A stretch of DNA of 64,000 nucleotides, from assembly GCF_000143415.4 (NCBI RefSeq), contig NW_003314404.1:124001-188000 (forward strand). Reading direction: 5' to 3'. Below the pieces are notes generated by a model. That model did no database searches, was not told the DNA's origin, and saw only the letters and a program-made list of their open reading frames with translations. A program made the position numbers and the translations under genes. This document shows, piece after piece, positions 59,007 to 64,000 of this stretch (position 1 is its first letter; the number at the start of each line of letters is the position of its first letter). The DNA comes from Selaginella moellendorffii (Eukaryota; Plantae; Lycopodiophyta).

Positions 59007-60879
59007 ATGGAAGCTGGAGAGGACGATGAGAGCGCTTCCCGGCCCTTCACGGCGCGGATCCGTGACTCCGCGCCGGCGCCCACTTGCCAGCTTCTTCTCT
59101 CCATGGTCGACGAGGCGCTCGCGATGATGAAGTAAGCTTGGGTGTGGCGCCCTCTTCCTTCCTGATCGAAATGTGGGCGATTCCTTCGTCTTAGGTGCCT
59201 CACCTATGTCTCCGAGAAGACACTGGAGAAGCTGGAGTTGTCCAAAGGAAGCCTGGATTCGGTAAAGAGGAATTTATTCGCTTCCTTCTTTGGTTTCGTG
59301 ATGGTTTTATTTTCTGTGCGTGGTTTTGTAAGCCCAGGAAGCTTATGCGGCACTCAATGAGGTGAGGCTTTGCTCGGTAGCTTACGAGGCTGCGAGCGGG
59401 CCTGATATTCCCATCAAGGAGAAAGAGCTCTCCATCGCGACGTGGCGAGCTTGCTGGCTCTTCAGTGTAGATGAAAATTCTCGCGTTTTTTTTTTTTGAA
59501 ATGATCGCTAAACGTTTTGTTTTGATGCGTTTGCTTACAAAGAATAGACTCGCGGGGCGGCACTAAATTACTTCTTTTCTACGAGGGAGGAACAATCGAA
59601 GAGCCTGTCAATGTTTTTTAGTATACTGGAAAAGGTAAGCGTGCCTTTCTTTGTCATGGTTCTGTGATCGAAACATCTAAATTTTCCAGTTCAGGAGTCT
59701 GGTTGTGAAACGATTGACGACAACACTCGAGGAAGAAAGCGCGATAAATGCCTACTTGGATGAAGTTTTCCGGCGCGAGGAGAGGGTATGGCGTGTTTTT
59801 TTCTAGCCGAAAGTTTCTGAGAGTTTCTCGTTTTATTGTCAGGCCATCAAAGATCACACAAGTCTATCTCAGCAGTTGCAGACTGAACGAGATCTACGCT
59901 CGAAAGCTTTCGAGGACTTCAAGTTTTCCGAGCGTCACTTGCAAGGCACACAGCCTCTACCGCGACTGACGCATTGGTGTCATTACGTAACACACCTGGG
60001 ACTGCAGGAGAGATACAAGCGGAAAAGAACGAGGCTTTGGCAACGCTGAGACAGCTTCAACAGGACTTCGACGCCCTTGAAGACGATGAATCAAAGAGTT
60101 TCAACCAAAAGGTTAGCTACAAATGCTTTACTTTCGTTGCTGATTTCTGGCTCGTTTCTCTTATTTCCAGCAAAAGAAGTTCTCCGAAGAATGCACTCAG
60201 TTAGCCAGCACCATAGACAAAATGCAGGTCCTCGTTTCCGGTTCGTGACAAGTATCACATAACTTGTCGAGTTGCAGGAGGACAATCGTGCCTTGGAGCT
60301 CGCTGCGCGCGGCAAGAAAGAACAGAGCGTGGAGGAGGTGACTAACTTGCTGCGAGACTACAAAGCTGAGCTCGCAAAGAAGAAGGATGAGCTTGACAGA
60401 TTATCCGTAAGTTTGACGAAAGTTTCCTCCCTTGATCTGCTCCACAAATTGCTCATCAGGTGCAACACAAAGAAGTGGACCAGAAAATGCGATTCTACAA
60501 AGAATACTATCGCCAGTGTGCATGGGAGGTCTGCTTCTATAACCGGATTGTTTTCTTCCTTTCTTGTAACGCGAGCTTCGATGATTGCAGGAGAATGAAC
60601 GTCAAAGCTTGGAGGATGCCAATGCGGTAAGTGCTTTGTTTGCTGATAGAAAAAAAACATTTTTCTCTCCTCGTTCTTGCTTCACAGAGAGCAAACTTCA
60701 AGTTCAACAGATGCGCGAGGATCATACAGCGAAGATATCGCTACTTCATCAAGAAGAAAAAGGCCGAAGAAGCCGCTCGCAAGAAGGTGTGATTTGTGTG
60801 AGTTCTTCTTTGTAATTACTGACGCGAGCGCAATTTGGATCCACAGAAAGAAGCAGCTGCGAAGAAGAAAAAAAAGTAA
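59007..60879 (+). CDS. DRC10/IQCD-like dynein regulatory complex protein (multi-exon)
   Basis: Spliced product has LSMVDEALAMMK|CLTYV, KRLTTTLEEE, a long coiled coil, a C-terminal IQ motif CARIIQRRYRYF and a Lys-rich tail KEAAAKKKKK*. Confidence 0.72.
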
Positions 60880-61127
60880 TTGGTTTGATCGACTCTCTTC
60901 TTCGTTCGTGGTTCCTTCTCAACCGGTTTTGCTATGTAAGAACTCTCGAAGTTCTTACATACTTCTCAAAGTTCTTCCATTCTTTGTCCTCGATTTTGCT
61001 GCTGGAAGCAAGAACTGCAAGGATCTCCTTTGCTCGAGAGCTGCATTGATGCAAATCTCCTCTTCTTCGTTCTTTAACTCATGCTATAAAGTTTCATTTC
61101 TTTCATGGGTTTTTAAACTATCGCCCT

Positions 61128-62612
61128 ATGGCGCTGAGCGCCCCAGTGATCAAGACGATCGCCCAGAAGATCGCGCCCAAGAGCTGGCTGGTGCCCGATC
61201 GGAGGAGAACCTTCGATGCGCTCAAGGAGGAGGCGCGGCGCGTCCATCTGCTGCTCGAGGTCCGCGACGCACGGGTATGGGTCGCCATTTCTCTCCGGGG
61301 TTTAGCTAGGGTTTTTGCGATGCCGCCGCACAGGTCCCATTCACGTCCGCGAATCTCCAGTTCCAGCGCTTCCTCAAATGGAAGCACCACATCACCGTCT
61401 TCACCAAGATCGATCTCGCCGACAAAGAAAAGCTAGCAGTGAGTCTACATTCTCTTTTTCTTTCTTCTCTCTTTGATCTTCCTCTTGGCAGGAATGGAAG
61501 AACTACTTCAAAGGAGAGAACTATTTCTTCTTGAACTCCTATAGCAGGCACTGCGTATCAGCGGTAAGTTCCTCCATTCTTTCTCTTCCAGGCTCATGAA
61601 TTTTTCGTTTTTCTTCTCTTAGCTTATGTCTCTCTTGAAAACCCGATTGCTCGAAGCTTCTCCATCGGATTCTACCAAAGTTGTGATGGTCGTCGGCCTT
61701 CCCAGCGTTGGCAAGACAACGCTCGTAAATGGCCTCCACCGCATTGGAAGGCGTCGTGTGCAAAGTAAGCCCAAAGTTCTCGTGGCTCTTCTCATTCTTT
61801 GTGTTCTATCTTTTTGATCCAGTGCTGGAAAAGCTAACCCTGAGCAAGGTCAGCCTCACTCCATATCAAACGACATCCTTCTTCAACTGCAAGGTATGGT
61901 GTTTTCTTTTTACGTTTCCCATCTGTTGCCACCACTTTTGCTATCAGATATGCTACCGTCCTCCCATGTATGCAATGGACACTCCATCAGTCATGTATCC
62001 TACCATTCTTGACGCTGAAACTGGGCTTAAGCTCTGTCTCACAGGTATCCAAGTTTCCAAAGTTTACCAGTGGAAAAAATTTGATCTTTTCTCTATGACC
62101 CGCAGGAGCTATGCAAGACTCGGTCGTGGGCGAGGTAAAGCTTGCTCGCTTCCTCCTTGCGGTGATCAACTCCATGCGCTCCAGCGTCCACTCCGTGTGG
62201 AAAGCCGAATTCGAGGCCAAGAGATTCATGAAAGACCCGCTAGACAAGACCAAGAAAACCGACAGAGTAAGCGAAGATCCATCCATTTCCTTCGATCTCT
62301 AAACATCTTTGCCCGCAGAAACTGATAAGGCTCGACGATAACTTCGTGCAAGTGAAGGGGATAATCGCGACGGAGCTGCTGAGCTTCGAGGGAGATCTTC
62401 GCCGCGAGGACGAGATGCAAAGGCTCGTGGATCATCAGTTCCGAGCGCTGCACGGATTCTACGAGAGCGTCCGGACGAGCCGGAGGATCATCACGGACTT
62501 TCGAATCGCGCGGAGGCTTCTAAGTTTGTACCGTGTGGGAAAGCTCGGCCGCTACACCTGGGACGCTGTTCCAACCATGAGCACCGAGCTACTCAAACAT
62601 AATCTTAGCTAG
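61128..62612 (+). CDS. Circularly permuted GTPase, RbgA/YlqF/MTG1 (DAR GTPase) family
   Basis: LEVRDAR|VP, G4 TKIDLAD upstream of G1 GLPSVGKT, G3-like DTPS, and C-terminal YRVGKLGRYT. Confidence 0.9.
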
Positions 62613-62711
62613 CACTAAGACAATGACTGTTTAATTACCACTTATAGAGATTGTTGTTATTCTCTCTACCCAGTGATAAACCCTAGGGCGAGAGAGGCGA
62701 GGAGGAGAGCG

Positions 62712-64000
62712 ATGGGCAGCAGGAGAATGAGCACGCAGATCTTTCCCGTGCGCCTCTCGGCGGCGCAGCAGGATGCGGCGTATTTCCACTCCTACAATCA
62801 CGTCGGCATCCACGAGGAGATGATCAAGGTGAGAGCTTCTCGGGTTTTGGGTTTTGGGAGCTCAATGTGGTATGATAGGATCGCATTCGCACCGAGGCCT
62901 ATCGCGATGCCATTTTCGCGCACCAGGAGGCGATCAAAGACAAGGTAGAGCTCGCTCTTTTTCTGTTTGCTCGAATTTTAGCTGTTTTCTTCTCTCTCCC
63001 AGGTTGTGATTGATGTGGGGTGTGGAACTGGTATACTCTCGATTTTCTGCGCTGCTGCTGGAGCGAGAAAGGTAGAATCCGCTACTTTCGGATCGCTCAT
63101 CCTTTTTTCTTTCTTTTTCTTTCACCACAGGTGTATGCAGTGGATGCGAGTGATATCGCTGTCCAGGTACACTTCTTCTTTGTGTTCTTCCCGTGTTTTC
63201 GTGCTGAGAATTGTGTCTTTGGAAACAGGCTCGAGAGGTTGTGAAAGCTAATGGCTTCTCGGATGTTATAACAGTGATAGTAGGAAGAGTGGAGGTCAGT
63301 GATCTCTTGCGATCGATTTCGATTTACTGTGATGTTTCGTTAACGTTTTTTCTCGCCTTCCAGGAGATCCAACTCGAGGAGAAGGCTGACGTGATCATCT
63401 CCGAATGGATGGGCTATATGCTGCTATACGAGGTAGATTTATCGAGTGCATAGGACTCGGTGAAGTAACTATCTGGAATTCTTTGAATCGGCACTTAGGA
63501 CGAGAACGTTCTCCGAACGTGCAGACTATGTTGCCGAGCGTCGTGTGTGCGAGGGATCGCTGGCTGAAGCCCGGAGGCTTGATGCTTCCTTCTTTTGCCA
63601 CTGTAAGTCCCAAAAGATTTCGCTGCGAGAGATTTAACTCTTTCCTTTGGTTTTTTTTTTTTTTTTTAAGCTTTACATGGCTCCCATCACTAACCCCGAC
63701 AGATATGGCGAGAGCATCGATTTCTGGCGCAATGTCTACGGATTTGACAGTAAGATATTGATTTCTTGTTTTTGTAAGTCTAACCACGCGTGTGTTTATC
63801 TCTTTTTTTGGTTTATCCAGTGTCTGCCATCTTGCCTCTTGCGAAGCAATGTGCTTTCGAAGAACCATGCGTGGAAGTGATCACCGCCGAGAATGTAATC
63901 TCATTCCCGATTCTGGTATTGTGATAAGACAAGATTTTTAGTGTCCTTGACATTCTGTAACTCAGGTGAAGCGCATCGATTGTAGCACAGTTACTCTGGA
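62712..64000 (+). CDS. PRMT6: Protein arginine N-methyltransferase, PRMT6-like (3'-truncated by window end)
   Basis: YFHSYNHVGIHEEMIK|DRIRT, VIDVGCGTGILS, VYAVDAS, IISEWMGYMLLYE, RDRWLKPGGL. Confidence 0.9.

Overview
Eukaryotic plant nuclear DNA. Very short (about 45-70 nt) GT-AG introns, many PLS-class PPR relics and flagellar-type genes suggest a lycophyte such as Selaginella (inference). Positions 1-5605 are a minus-strand LTR retrotransposon with near-identical LTRs, a tRNA-iMet primer site and only decayed gag/protease. Positions 6.7-22 kb hold a gene block: cis-prenyltransferase pseudogene, P-class PPR gene, Crinkler-like NTPase/nuclease relic, KRI1, NUF2 and DNA polymerase eta (POLH). 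Positions 22-49 kb are a rearranged graveyard of copies of that block. One POLH copy is split, with no bases lost, by a 6.9-kb insert whose fibrillin gene is circularly permuted, which is the pattern expected from integration of an extrachromosomal circle. Positions 50.5-64 kb are gene-dense: Ser/Thr kinase, IQCE-like coiled-coil protein, glutamate receptor-like channel (frameshifted), unknown protein, DRC10/IQCD-like IQ protein, RbgA/MTG1-type GTPase and a PRMT6-like gene cut by the window end. All family calls come from motif recognition by eye; no database searches were run.
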